A DNA stretch of 64,000 nt from a candidate division WOR-3 bacterium (lineage in GTDB: Bacteria > Hydrothermota > Tepidihabitantia > Tepidihabitantales > Tepidihabitantaceae): positions 56,307-120,306 of the forward strand of contig CBFGIY010000001.1 of assembly GCA_965648935.1 (NCBI GenBank), read 5' to 3'. Both the position numbers and the translations under genes were made by a program. This document shows positions 39,633 through 49,763 of this stretch, piece by piece. Within the stretch, counting starts at the first letter, position 1. Every line of letters begins with the position of its first letter. Under the pieces are notes generated by a model. The model did no database searches, was not told where the DNA came from, and saw nothing but the letters and a program-made list of their open reading frames with translations.

Positions 39633-40333
39633 CAAAGATAGTCCTGGCACTTAATACCGACACGAGCGCCGAGGCGCTTGGGTTCCTTGAGCGCGTCGGC
39701 GCGGGCGCGGATGTCTACAAGCTTGGGATGGACCTTTTCACGCGCACCGGGCCGGGACTGGTGCGTGAGTTTGCCGGCCGCGGCGCGTCCGTGTTCCTCG
39801 ACCTCAAGTTCTCGGACATTCCGTCGGTCGTGGCCAAGGCGGTGAGCGCGGCGGCCGAGCTCGGCGTCGCGATGCTCACTGTGCACACGATGGGCGGGCC
39901 AAAGATGCTTGAGGCCGCGGCTCAGGCCGCAGAGAAGTCGCAGGCCCGGCCCCTGGTCCTGGGCGTGACGGTGCTGACCAGCCTTGACGAGGCCGCGCTG
40001 GAGCGGGTCACGGGCCGGCGCCAGCCCGTGCCCGAGCGGGTCGAGGCGCTGGCCCGGATGGCGCGGGACTGCGGTTGCGGCGGGGTCGTGTCGTCGCCCA
40101 ACGAGATTGCCGTGATTCGCGCGGCCTGCGGCAGCGCCTTCAAGATTGTCACGCCGGGCATCAGGATGAGCACGGACGCCGCAGATGACCAGGCCCGGAC
40201 AATGACCCCGGCCGAGGCGGCGCGGGCCGGGGCCGACTATGTTGTGGTGGGCCGGCCGGTGTATGCCGCGTCCGACCCGCTGGCCGCGCTGGAGCGAATC
40301 CGCGAGGAGCTCAGACAGGGAGGCGCGCAGTGA
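39629..40333 (+). CDS. pyrF: Orotidine-5'-phosphate decarboxylase
   Basis: FLDLKFSDIP, VTVLTS, VTPGIR, VVGRP motifs. Confidence 0.95.
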   Translation: MTKIVLALNTDTSAEALGFLERVGAGADVYKLGMDLFTRTGPGLVREFAGRGASVFLDLKFSDIPSVVAKAVSAAAELGVAMLTVHTMGGPKMLEAAAQAAEKSQARPLVLGVTVLTSLDEAALERVTGRRQPVPERVEALARMARDCGCGGVVSSPNEIAVIRAACGSAFKIVTPGIRMSTDAADDQARTMTPAEAARAGADYVVVGRPVYAASDPLAALERIREELRQGGAQ

Positions 40334-40905
40334 ATTCTGACCTTGGCGCGATGATGAAGCGGCACGGTGTGCTGCGCGAGGGCCACTTCCTCTTGACCTC
40401 GGGCCGGCACTCGGACCGCTACTTCGAGAAGTTCCGTATCCTCGAACAGCCGCCTGTGTGCGAGGCTTTTGCCCGGGCGGTCGCCGAGCGGTTCCGCGAC
40501 AGCCTTGCCACCGCGGTCTGCGGCCCGACGACCGGCGGCGTCATCATCGCCTACGAGGTCGCGCGCCAGCTCGGCACGCGCTGCATCATCGCGGAGAAGG
40601 CCGAGACCGGTCGCCGCATCGGGCGCGGATTCAAGCTCGGTCCGGACGACCGGGTGCTCGTCGTGGACGACGTGATGACCACCGGCGGTTCGATTCAGGA
40701 GACTCTTGACGCGGTGCGCGCGGCCGGCGCCGGGATTGTCGGGGTCGGGGTGTATGTCGACCGCAGCCCGGGCGTGGACTTCGGGGTGCCGCTGTTCGGT
40801 GCTTACCGGCAGCAGGTCACGACCCACGAGGCAGCGGACTGCCCGCTCTGCCGCGCCGGCGTGCCGCTGGAAGAGCCGGGCCGCAGCGGCAAGCGCGCCG
40901 GCTAG
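40330..40905 (+). CDS. pyrE: Orotate phosphoribosyltransferase
   Basis: GHFLLTSGRHS, VVDDVMTTGGS motifs. Confidence 0.96.
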   Translation: MNSDLGAMMKRHGVLREGHFLLTSGRHSDRYFEKFRILEQPPVCEAFARAVAERFRDSLATAVCGPTTGGVIIAYEVARQLGTRCIIAEKAETGRRIGRGFKLGPDDRVLVVDDVMTTGGSIQETLDAVRAAGAGIVGVGVYVDRSPGVDFGVPLFGAYRQQVTTHEAADCPLCRAGVPLEEPGRSGKRAG

Positions 40906-41234
40906 CGTTTCTTCTTTCTCTTCTCAGCCTCGTACTCGGCGCGGCGCTCCTTGAGTTCAGACTCCAGCTCGCGCAACTCGGCGACCAGCCGAACCACCTC
41001 GCGGTCGTCGGTCAGAGCGTTGCCGGTCCCGGTTTCGCCTGTATCCACCAGCCGGTAGATTCTGCCGCCGAGTCTGGCCATAGCCTTCTCGATCTCCCGG
41101 CTCAGCCGCATCATGTCCATCTTCAGCCGGCCGCGCCGGGTCAGGTCTTCGGCCTCGCGGATTGCCGAATCGGCCGTACCGGTCAGCCAGCCGGCAACTT
41201 CATCCCACAAAGACTTACGTTTCTCGCTTGCCAC
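40902..41234 (-). CDS. Coiled-coil hypothetical protein
   Basis: AAGGAGG RBS; LGGRIY helical family pattern. Confidence 0.7.
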   Translation of the reverse strand: MASEKRKSLWDEVAGWLTGTADSAIREAEDLTRRGRLKMDMMRLSREIEKAMARLGGRIYRLVDTGETGTGNALTDDREVVRLVAELRELESELKERRAEYEAEKRKKKR

Positions 41235-41248
41235 TCCGTTCCTCCTTG

Positions 41249-41980
41249 TCAGATAATCTCGCCCGGTTCTTCGGCCAGCCGGAGTATCACCGAGCCGATG
41301 CCGGCCTTGATGTTCACTTCGACCGCCGGGCCTGAGCCTGCGTCATTGACATACCTGCCGTCGCGCCGGGCAAGGCCGGGCGCGCTCACGTCACCGATCC
41401 CGCCCTCGACACTCACCGCCACCGGTGTCGCGCGTGGCAGCACCAGCACAAGCCTGCCGACCCCGGCGTTTATCGCCACGGACAGGGGCGCGCGGCGCGG
41501 CCCGGAGAGGTCGAGACGGCCTTCGCCCGCGCCCGCGTCGACCGACAGCCGTCGCAGGTCTATCCCGCGGAGGTCGAGCTCCGCGTTGCCCGCGCCGAAC
41601 TTCACCTCAAGCCGCGTCGGCAGCGAGTCGCCCAGCCGGACGTTCCAGTCGTAGCGGATACTGCCGGGCCAGGTCACGCCGACCACGCTCGACGGCTGGG
41701 ACAAGTCCAGCCGGCCGAGACCATCTGACGCCTCGTACGACATCACCGGCTTCCAGTCAGGAATGTTGTAGCTCACCGAAGCTTCGGCCGCGGCCTCGGC
41801 ACCGCCCGCAACCTTCAGGGTTCCGACACCAACAGCAAGTGCGACGGTCAGCGATTCGGCTCCGGCCGGTTCCCAGCGCTCGGTCACGATCTCGGTCTTG
41901 CTGGCCTGCGGCGTCGGCACGTAGCAGCTGGACGCGACCAGGAGCGTCGCCGCCAGCGCGGCAAGGGTGATTCGGTTCAA
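41249..41980 (-). CDS. Lipoprotein with toast-rack/LiaF-like beta-solenoid repeats
   Basis: Lipobox VASSC; repeats GVGTL, GAGNAELDL, GAGEGRLDL, GIGDV. Confidence 0.75.
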   Translation of the reverse strand: MNRITLAALAATLLVASSCYVPTPQASKTEIVTERWEPAGAESLTVALAVGVGTLKVAGGAEAAAEASVSYNIPDWKPVMSYEASDGLGRLDLSQPSSVVGVTWPGSIRYDWNVRLGDSLPTRLEVKFGAGNAELDLRGIDLRRLSVDAGAGEGRLDLSGPRRAPLSVAINAGVGRLVLVLPRATPVAVSVEGGIGDVSAPGLARRDGRYVNDAGSGPAVEVNIKAGIGSVILRLAEEPGEII

Positions 41981-42051
41981 GTTACCTCCGTTGAGCGGCA
42001 CTGCCGTTCTGGAGTATGACGCGCCGGCGCGGGCCGATGTTGCCCGGCGCT

Positions 42052-43605
42052 TCAGCGCACGACCACGAACCGGCGGCGGGAAGCTCCGTCATCGAGCCAG
42101 TACACGCCGGCCTTGAGCCCGGCTGTCGAGACACGGCCGCCCCGGCCTTCGGCAGCGACGCGGCCATCCGGCCCGAACAGCTTCGCCCGGCCGGCAACCA
42201 CCAGCGACGCACCGGCGCGCGCGATGCCGTTCCCGGCCAGCCGGGCGCGCGGCCCGCGGCCTCCTGTCTCGGCGATGCCCGCCAGCGCACCACGCCAGAC
42301 GCAGACCGGGTTGTCCGACACCGCGCCAATCGAGTCGGAGTTGAACCCGGCAATCACGTCCTGCAGGAAGAACACCGCCAGCGAATCCTGTGTGCAATCC
42401 CGCGCCAGGACCGGGAACCGCTTCGAGGTGCCGTCGGGTGAGGTCAGCCGGACCGGCTCGGACCACGCGGCCCCGTCGTCCGACCACGCGCACCAGACTT
42501 CGGCCCGCAACAGCCCGGTGGTCGGCTCGACGTCCAGCGAGTCAAACTCCTCCCAGGTCATCCAGAATCGCCCGGTCGCCGGGTTCTGCCCGAGCGACGG
42601 CCGGCCGCAGAACGTCGCGCTCGACCCCGTCGAACCGGCCGGCGCTCTCGCACCGGCCCGGCGCACCCGGTGCCAACTCACCCCGGCCGACTTGAACACC
42701 CATATCTCGGCCGGGTTGCTGCGCGCGGTCTCCGCGACCACCGGCACCAGCACGGTCGCCAGCAGCCAGTCATCGTTGCGGTCGAACAGGATGTTCGCGC
42801 CCTGGCCGCAGGTCGTGGCCGTATCGCCGCCATACACGCTCGGCGGCACCAGCTCGGCCGGCGCGGCCCAGCTCGCCCCCGCGTCCGTCGACATCCGTAC
42901 GAACAGGGCCGCCTCAGCGCCCGAGCCGCCGAGCCAGGAAGCGACCACCGCGCCGGTCTGATGCGAGGCGCACAGGTTGTGGCCGTACGCGCCTGACTGC
43001 AGCCAGCCCTGCGGCCCGTCCCAGTCGCACCAGCTTGTCGAACGCGAGTAGAACAGGTTGTCCGACGTGGCGAACTGGATGTGAAGCAGGTGCACGATGC
43101 CGCCCGGCGAGGCCGCGACCACGGGCAGGAAGTGATTGACAAGATTCGGTTCTCCGATGCACCAGTCGAAAATGCCGCCCCCGGGCGCGACGTCCCGCGC
43201 CACGACCGGGCACCACTGCGGCGGCATCCCGCCCAGGCTGTAGTGCGCCGCGACCAGCGCTGTGCCGTCGGCCGGGTCGAGTTCCATCGTGCCATACCCG
43301 GTGCGCCGGTTCTGGGAGTTCAGGCCCGACAGCATGAAGTCCTCCGGGTCCACCCAGTTCCACTCGCCGGTCGCGCGGTCAAGGTAGTTGTACTTCATTG
43401 TCCGGTCGGGCCAGTTCGACCCGCGCGCCAGCGCGCTATAGAGCCACGCTACGTGGATGCCGTTCGCCGGGTCATTGACTATCCACTGCAGGGCCGGGCC
43501 GGTGTTCTGGTTGTCGAACGTCGTGCCGCCGACGGTGTCGACCGCACCGGTTTGCGCGGCGGCGATTGCGCAGAGCATTGCGGTCAGAATCACGATACGT
43601 GTCAT
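42052..43605 (-). CDS. Secreted BNR/Asp-box propeller protein with short CTD
   Basis: Signal peptide; STDAGASW and SDDGAAWS; C-terminal GIAE...DGR...GVYW. Confidence 0.75.
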   Translation of the reverse strand: MTRIVILTAMLCAIAAAQTGAVDTVGGTTFDNQNTGPALQWIVNDPANGIHVAWLYSALARGSNWPDRTMKYNYLDRATGEWNWVDPEDFMLSGLNSQNRRTGYGTMELDPADGTALVAAHYSLGGMPPQWCPVVARDVAPGGGIFDWCIGEPNLVNHFLPVVAASPGGIVHLLHIQFATSDNLFYSRSTSWCDWDGPQGWLQSGAYGHNLCASHQTGAVVASWLGGSGAEAALFVRMSTDAGASWAAPAELVPPSVYGGDTATTCGQGANILFDRNDDWLLATVLVPVVAETARSNPAEIWVFKSAGVSWHRVRRAGARAPAGSTGSSATFCGRPSLGQNPATGRFWMTWEEFDSLDVEPTTGLLRAEVWCAWSDDGAAWSEPVRLTSPDGTSKRFPVLARDCTQDSLAVFFLQDVIAGFNSDSIGAVSDNPVCVWRGALAGIAETGGRGPRARLAGNGIARAGASLVVAGRAKLFGPDGRVAAEGRGGRVSTAGLKAGVYWLDDGASRRRFVVVR

Positions 43606-43626
43606 ACAACCTCCATTGTGGCTGGT

Positions 43627-45177
43627 CTAGGGCACCAGGACGACCCGGCGAGTCTCCTCGCCGGCCCTGAGCCAGTAGACTCCGGGTCTGAGCTCATCGG
43701 CCGACCGGACCGCGCGGCCGTCGGCAGAGAACGCCTGTTCGGCCGGATGCAGGCGCAGGTCGGCGGCGCGACAGACGGTCTGTTCGCCGACGCGGCCGCG
43801 CGTCGCGCCCGGCCGCTCGACGATGCCCGATGCGTTCGCCGTGTAGCTGTAGGACCGCCGCCCCGAGGGAGTGTGGTTTGCCGGCACCAGGTACACCGAC
43901 TGCCAGTCCGTGCCGAAACCCGGCACGCTGATGTCGGCCCGGCCCGCCGAGTCGAGCGCAATCGTGTCCACGAGCAGCCGGCGCCCCACCGTGTCCAGCC
44001 CGATCACGAACAGCCGGAACTCGGCGTCGTCGGCAGCGTCGAAGGTCGCGTCGAGACCGATCCCGCCCTGAAAGAGAATGTACTCCCCGGCCCAGCGGTT
44101 CAGGTCGCCGCTGCGCGCCACCGGAAACGTGAAGTGGTATCCGGCAACCCCGAACCGCGGCACGCGCTCGCCGTAGTAGCCGTACCGGCCGCCCGCGAAA
44201 GACGTATCGTTGATGCGGTTGGCCAGGACCCAGCTGTCAAAGACATCGGCGAACCGCTCGTCCAGCCCGGTCGCGGCGAAGGCCGAGTCGATGCCCTCAA
44301 TGCTGGTGAATGGCGAGGCGATTATGTTGTGAATCAGGTCTGATCCGACCCGGCCGCCGTACTGCTCGTAGAGATAGAGGAAGAACAGGTAGGTCTTGAT
44401 GTAGTCGGCCCAGGACCCGGTCCAGCTCGTCAGGTCGTTGTCCGGGTTCGACGGGAAAGACGACACCGGGTCGGGCGCGCCATAGAGCCACATCGCCAGC
44501 TCGCAGTTGCCCTCGGCCACCCAAAGCGACTCGGCCGGGTCGTAGTTCCAGTGAATCATGTGACCGAACTCGTGGGCGGCGATGGCGATGCGGTAGTCCC
44601 CGGAGGGGTTGTTGGGCCAGCAGTCGAGGTACACGCACTCGACCTCGTTGGAGTGATAGCCCCACAGCCGCATCGCAGTCGTATCGTAGTACTGGTCGAA
44701 GTACTGCCAGAAACCGTCGAAAGAGTAGCCGTGAAAGCTGCCGATGTCGTAGTAAAGCAGGTAGATGGCCGAGTCGTTGTCGATGGCGTCGGGCGGCATC
44801 CCCAGCACCGATGTGTTGTGCCCCCACACGCCCCTGGTGCTGTCGCGTGGGCTGGATAAGTCGAACCGCTCGGCGATGCGCGCGGCAGCGGCCGAGTCCA
44901 TCTGCCCGGCCGCCCACGCCGAGTCTTCAACCATCACGTAGCAGTGCGGGCCGACTGCCCGGCAGGTCATGTTTGCCTGGAACTGCGCTGGCGGCATCAC
45001 GCTCATATTCTGCAGCCACATCACGCGCGAATCGCCGATCTGCAGCCGCTCGGCCGCGGCGCGGGGCAAGGGCTTGGGCGGCAGCCCTGCGGACTTCAGT
45101 TCTTCGAACAGCGGGGTCGCGCAGCGCATCGGCACGGTCGGCGCCTGCGTGACGAGCGTCAACATGACAAGCAGCAA
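43627..45177 (-). CDS. Secreted zinc metallopeptidase (M6/M30-like) with short CTD
   Basis: AHEFGHMIH...WVAEG; GGAGGT RBS; C-terminal GIVE...DGR...PGVYW. Confidence 0.8.
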   Translation of the reverse strand: MLLVMLTLVTQAPTVPMRCATPLFEELKSAGLPPKPLPRAAAERLQIGDSRVMWLQNMSVMPPAQFQANMTCRAVGPHCYVMVEDSAWAAGQMDSAAAARIAERFDLSSPRDSTRGVWGHNTSVLGMPPDAIDNDSAIYLLYYDIGSFHGYSFDGFWQYFDQYYDTTAMRLWGYHSNEVECVYLDCWPNNPSGDYRIAIAAHEFGHMIHWNYDPAESLWVAEGNCELAMWLYGAPDPVSSFPSNPDNDLTSWTGSWADYIKTYLFFLYLYEQYGGRVGSDLIHNIIASPFTSIEGIDSAFAATGLDERFADVFDSWVLANRINDTSFAGGRYGYYGERVPRFGVAGYHFTFPVARSGDLNRWAGEYILFQGGIGLDATFDAADDAEFRLFVIGLDTVGRRLLVDTIALDSAGRADISVPGFGTDWQSVYLVPANHTPSGRRSYSYTANASGIVERPGATRGRVGEQTVCRAADLRLHPAEQAFSADGRAVRSADELRPGVYWLRAGEETRRVVLVP

Positions 45178-45489
45178 GATACCTCCTGTCGGCTCGGCAC
45201 ACAGATACTAGACCACAGGCGCGGCGCGTCAACCCGCAGGCGGGCACGCCGGCCGATGAGCCATACCGCGCACAGGTTCTGGTGAGGCTTGGCCGGAAAC
45301 ACCGGGGCTCCGAGTGAGGCGGTTCGGTCAGGATTCGGCGCAGCGGGAAGCTCTGCCCGCGGTCGGCACAGCGCCAGACGCCGGCCATTCGGTCGTGCCG
45401 GTAGCAGACCTGTCAGTCTTGCCGCTTGACCGGCCGGTTGGGCGGTCTATCCTGTGGCCACAGATGAGCTTTGAAAGGAGCGCCGCCGA

Positions 45490-46074
45490 ATGAGCGACGA
45501 GCGGCCGCAGTTGCGGATGCGTTGGACCGGCGAGATGCCGGGCGCGCCGAACGGCGTGAGCCCGCCCGAGGGCTACCACACGCGCATCTTCCGGCCCGGG
45601 GACGAGCCGCGGTTCTTTGAGTTGATGGAGCAGTGCGGCTGGCCGGGATGGGACAATGAACGGCTGGCGTACTCGCTTGAGCGCGTGCTGCCGGACGGCT
45701 GGCTGATGGCGGTTGAGGAGTCGACAGACCGCATCGTCGGCACTGCGATGGCCCTGCACAACTACACCGGCAGGCGGCCGTTCTCGGGTGACATCGGCTG
45801 GGTCGCGGTCGACCCGGAGCACCGGGGACGGGGCGTGGGCAGGATGCTGGTTGCCGCGGTGACGTGGCGGCTGGCCGCGGCCGGGTACCTCGACTTCGGG
45901 CTGGGGACCGAGGACTTCCGCCTCCCGGCCATCAGCATCTACTTTGACCTCGGCTACGTGCCGGTGCTGGATTCGCCGGATGCGGCCGAGCGCTGGCGGG
46001 CAATCTGCGTTCAGCTCAGCCAGCCGTTTGAGCCGGAGAAGTGGGCTTCGCGCCCGGGCACTCAGGCAGACTGA
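45490..46074 (+). CDS. GNAT family N-acetyltransferase
   Basis: VAVDPEHRGRGVG motif; RBS; TTGACC-N16-TATCCT promoter. Confidence 0.9.
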   Translation: MSDERPQLRMRWTGEMPGAPNGVSPPEGYHTRIFRPGDEPRFFELMEQCGWPGWDNERLAYSLERVLPDGWLMAVEESTDRIVGTAMALHNYTGRRPFSGDIGWVAVDPEHRGRGVGRMLVAAVTWRLAAAGYLDFGLGTEDFRLPAISIYFDLGYVPVLDSPDAAERWRAICVQLSQPFEPEKWASRPGTQAD

Positions 46075-46130
46075 GGTTGGCCGGTCACACTGCGCCCCGT
46101 TATGCGGGGCGCTCGCCATTCGGGCGGAAG

Positions 46131-47039
46131 TCAGTCGGCAGGTGTGAAGCCGAGCTTGTCGTAGGTCCGGCGGGCGGGGAGGTTGGCGGCGGTGACCACG
46201 AGCGAGAGCCGAGTGTGACCCGCGGCGGCCAGGGCGCGGGCCGACTGCAGTATCAGGGCCGAGGCGAGGCCGCGACGCTGCGCTGAAGGGCGGGTCATCG
46301 AGAAGGCTAGCAGTGGAACCACATCCGGCGAACCTTCATTGAGCAGGGTGATGAGGCAGGCCGACTGCAGGTCGCCGGCGCTCGCAGCCACGAAAGAGCA
46401 ATCGGGCAGGAAGCGACCGTAGGCACCGGCCATCGTCCGGTCGATTTCGGACCGCGCGTCCTCGAGCGTCTCGCCGTTGTAGTCGACCGTGCCGCGGTAG
46501 GCGTCGAGCATCAGGTCGGCGAGCGCCGGGGCGTCGGCGTTGGAGACTGCGCGACAGTCGATGCTCGGCCCCGGCAGCGGAGAGGACAGGGAGAGGACCA
46601 TCTTCAAGCGCTTGCCGGTCTGCGGTTCGAAAGTCGTGCCGCGGCGGCGAGCCAGCTCGATGTGCAGGGCGTCACAGCGGTCATACCAGAGGCGCTGGTA
46701 CTCATCGGGAGGGACGATTCGGGTCCTGAGGTCTGACACCGAGCGGATGCCTTCATCGCGGCACCAGCGGACACACTCCTCGTATGCTTCCCAGTCAAGG
46801 TCGTCTGTTTTCCAGTAGACCGTCAGTTCGCTGATGCCGGACAGCGCGGCCGCGACCGCGCGGGTGTGGCCGTCGGTGAGCATCAGGCAGTCGGCCAGTT
46901 GTTTGACCGGGAGCGGCGCGACGTCGGCCGGGAGCAGCCGCTCGCGCCCGGCCATCACCGCGGCGAGCTTTTCTGAGCTGACCCAGAGTTGGCTGGGCTG
47001 GAGTTCGACGAGCCGTGCGGTGAAGGTCGGTTCGGTCAC
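46131..47039 (-). CDS. ParB/sulfiredoxin-like domain fused to a GNAT acetyltransferase
   Basis: LQPSQL...LTDGHTRA N-terminal half; QRRGLA...NLPARRTYDKLGF C-terminal half; GTG start after a -10 box. Confidence 0.7.
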   Translation of the reverse strand: MTEPTFTARLVELQPSQLWVSSEKLAAVMAGRERLLPADVAPLPVKQLADCLMLTDGHTRAVAAALSGISELTVYWKTDDLDWEAYEECVRWCRDEGIRSVSDLRTRIVPPDEYQRLWYDRCDALHIELARRRGTTFEPQTGKRLKMVLSLSSPLPGPSIDCRAVSNADAPALADLMLDAYRGTVDYNGETLEDARSEIDRTMAGAYGRFLPDCSFVAASAGDLQSACLITLLNEGSPDVVPLLAFSMTRPSAQRRGLASALILQSARALAAAGHTRLSLVVTAANLPARRTYDKLGFTPAD

Positions 47040-47111
47040 GAATGAACATAGAGCAGGGAGTAGTGCGGTCAAGCGCTTGACCGCGAGCGCGGGATGGTCT
47101 AGCATCGGCAG

Positions 47112-48113
47112 ATGAAACGCGTGGTGCTGGGCCTGGTTCTGCTGCTGGCGGGCGCGCGGGCGTTGGATGTGCTGTTCGTCGGCAACAGCCACACCTATGT
47201 CAACGACCTGCCCGCGCTGTTCCGCGGGCTGTCCGAGGCGGGCGGGTTCGTCGTGAGGACCGCCACGAGCGCGCCGGGCGGTTACGCTCTGCACCAGCAC
47301 GTCGCATACCAGCCGACCCTGGACTCGATCAGCGGCCGCCAGTGGGACTACGTGGTGCTGCAGGAGCAGAGCCAGATACCGGCCATCAACTGGTGCCGGG
47401 ACAGCCTGATGCACCCGGCGGCGCGCAGCCTCGACGCGCTGATAGCGGCGCGCGGGGCGCAGACCGCGTTCTACCTGACGTGGGGTTGGCGCGACGGCGG
47501 CACCCACACCTATGGCGGTCATTCGAGCCCTGGTTTCCGCGATTACTTCGAGATGCAGGACAGCGTGTCCGTTTCGTACCGGATGATTGCCGACGAACTG
47601 GCCGCGGTGCTGGTGCCGGTGGGCGAGGCGTGGCGCAATGCGCGCCTGCTCAACCCGAGCATCGACCTCTGGCAGGACGACGAGTGTCACGCGACGCTGA
47701 AGGGCACCTACCTCGGAGCCTGCGTGTTCTACGCGGTCCTGCACGGCGATGACCCGACCGGCCTTGCGTTCCACGGCGGCTTGAGTCCGGCGGATGCGCG
47801 CTGGTTGCAGGAAGTCGCGTGGCAGACCGTGTCGGGAATTGCCGAACGGCCGGCCGAGGCAGTCGAGGGCGCAGGGCTGGTCGTGCCGTCGCCATTGCGA
47901 CCGGGTATGAGCCTGCGTTGCCGGCAGACCATCCGCCTGTTCGCGCCCGACGGCCGACTGGTGGCGGAACTCCGGCCGCGCGACGGCCGGGTCGCCTGGG
48001 ACGGCCGAGACCGCCGGGGCAGGCAGGTTCCGGCCGGGGTCTACCTGTACGCGGGCGGCGGCGCGGCGCGGCCGGTCGTGCTGGCGACCGGTAGCCGGGG
48101 AGCCGGACGGTGA
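47112..48113 (+). CDS. Secreted SGNH/GDSL-like hydrolase with FlgD-like CTD
   Basis: FVGNSHT, WDYVVLQEQS, DECH motifs; WDGRDRRGRQVPAGVY. Confidence 0.82.
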   Translation: MKRVVLGLVLLLAGARALDVLFVGNSHTYVNDLPALFRGLSEAGGFVVRTATSAPGGYALHQHVAYQPTLDSISGRQWDYVVLQEQSQIPAINWCRDSLMHPAARSLDALIAARGAQTAFYLTWGWRDGGTHTYGGHSSPGFRDYFEMQDSVSVSYRMIADELAAVLVPVGEAWRNARLLNPSIDLWQDDECHATLKGTYLGACVFYAVLHGDDPTGLAFHGGLSPADARWLQEVAWQTVSGIAERPAEAVEGAGLVVPSPLRPGMSLRCRQTIRLFAPDGRLVAELRPRDGRVAWDGRDRRGRQVPAGVYLYAGGGAARPVVLATGSRGAGR

Positions 48114-49759
48114 TTGGCGGCATCCAGTTCAACATAATGCTCACCGTCGCGTTGGCGGTGCTGTTGGGCACGTTCGGGGCGCGGCTGTTCAAGCGGCTGA
48201 AGATACCACAGGTCGTCGCCTACATCGTCATCGGCGTGGTTCTCGGTTCGAGCGGGCTGAAGCTCATCGACGCGCGCACGGCCGATGGGTTGACGCCGTT
48301 CAGCCTGCTGGCGCTGGGCATCATCGGGTTCATGATCGGTTCGGAGCTGAAGCTGACGATGTTCCGCAGACACGGCCGGAGCGCGCTGATCATCCTGCTG
48401 GCCGAGGGGGTCGGCGCCTTCCTTGTCGTCACGGTGCTCATCGGGTTTCTGACGGGCAACTGGCCGCTGGCGCTGGTGCTGGGCGCGATATCGTCGGCGA
48501 CCGCGCCGGCCGCGACCGTGGACGTGCTGTGGGAGTACCGCAGCGCCGGAGTGCTGACGTCGATGGTGCTGGCGATAGTGGCGCTGGACGATGGGCTGGC
48601 GCTGCTCTTGTTCGGGTTCGCGGCCGCGGTGGCGCGCACGATGCTCGACCAGTCGCCGTTCTCGGCGTTGACCGTGCTGCGGCCGCTTGCCGAGATCGTC
48701 GGCGCGGTGGCGCTGGGCGGGCTGGTGGCACTGGCCTTCCGCTGGCTGGCGCGCCACATTCCCGAGCGCGAGCTGGTGCTGGCGCTGGCGCTGGGGAGCA
48801 TAATGCTTCTGGTCGGCGCAAGCGAGGCGCTGCACGTGGATATGATTCTTGCGGCGATGACGTTCGGTGCGGTGTACGCGAACCTGGCCGGGCGCGAGTC
48901 GGACGAAGTCGTCGGCATCGTGCGCGTCTTCGCGCCGCCGCTGTTCGTGCTGTTTTTCGTGCTCGTCGGGGCGCGGCTATCGATAGGGGCGATGACCCCG
49001 GTGATGTGGCTTGCGGTGGCGGTCTACGTGTTCGGCCGGAGCGGGGGCAAGTTCGCCGGGGTGTGGCTGGGCGCGCGACTGAGCCAAGCCCCGGTGGTCG
49101 TGCGCCGGTTCCTCGGGTTCTGCCTCTTCTCGCAGGCGGGCGTCGCAATCGGGCTAGCGGTGCTGTCGGCGTCGGTCTTCGCCGGTCACCCGGAGATGAG
49201 CGCGGCCATCGTCGGCATCGTGACCGCAACGACGCTCATCGTCCAGCTCATCGGACCGCCTTCGGTGCGCTACGCCATCATTGCCGCGGGCGAGGCGGGC
49301 CGCAACGTCAGCCCAGAGGACCTGCTGGCGAGCTTCCGGGTCGGCGACGTGATGAAGATCGACCAGCCGTCGTTTGGGCTCGACGCGCCGCTCGAGACCG
49401 TCTTCGCGACCGTGGCGCATACCGACGCGGTGTACTTCCCGGTGGTCGATTCTGGCGGCAGGCCGCTGGGCGTGGTCACGCTCGAAGGGCTGAAAGCGAC
49501 GCTGAACCTGCCCGACGTCGGGCCGCTGCTGGTCGCGGGCGACCTGATAGAGCCGGTGCAGCACACGATTCGGGCCGGCGCCAGCCTGAAGGAAGCGCAG
49601 CAGTTGATGCACGACCAGGGCCGCGACTACTTGGTCGTGGTCGACGAATCAGGCCGGTTGGCCGGGTTTCTGATCGAGCGGCGCATCCGCCAGGTACTGC
49701 TGGCCGAGATAGCCAAGCGCCGCGAGCCCGAGGTAGCCGCGGAGACGGCAGAGGAGTGA
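48110..49759 (+). CDS. Cation:proton antiporter (CPA2) with CBS pair
   Basis: Multiple TM helices; ATAPAAT, VALDD, SQAGVAIGL motifs; C-terminal CBS domains. Confidence 0.9.
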   Translation: MIGGIQFNIMLTVALAVLLGTFGARLFKRLKIPQVVAYIVIGVVLGSSGLKLIDARTADGLTPFSLLALGIIGFMIGSELKLTMFRRHGRSALIILLAEGVGAFLVVTVLIGFLTGNWPLALVLGAISSATAPAATVDVLWEYRSAGVLTSMVLAIVALDDGLALLLFGFAAAVARTMLDQSPFSALTVLRPLAEIVGAVALGGLVALAFRWLARHIPERELVLALALGSIMLLVGASEALHVDMILAAMTFGAVYANLAGRESDEVVGIVRVFAPPLFVLFFVLVGARLSIGAMTPVMWLAVAVYVFGRSGGKFAGVWLGARLSQAPVVVRRFLGFCLFSQAGVAIGLAVLSASVFAGHPEMSAAIVGIVTATTLIVQLIGPPSVRYAIIAAGEAGRNVSPEDLLASFRVGDVMKIDQPSFGLDAPLETVFATVAHTDAVYFPVVDSGGRPLGVVTLEGLKATLNLPDVGPLLVAGDLIEPVQHTIRAGASLKEAQQLMHDQGRDYLVVVDESGRLAGFLIERRIRQVLLAEIAKRREPEVAAETAEE

Positions 49760-49763
49760 TACG

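Noticed and set aside
39629..39670. pyrF inactivation (ALN instead of ALD)
   Set aside because: The catalytic DxKxxD motif and the rest of the gene are intact; a single substitution is insufficient evidence.
45250..45420. Riboswitch in the divergent intergenic region
   Set aside because: Only scattered short motifs; no coherent family core.
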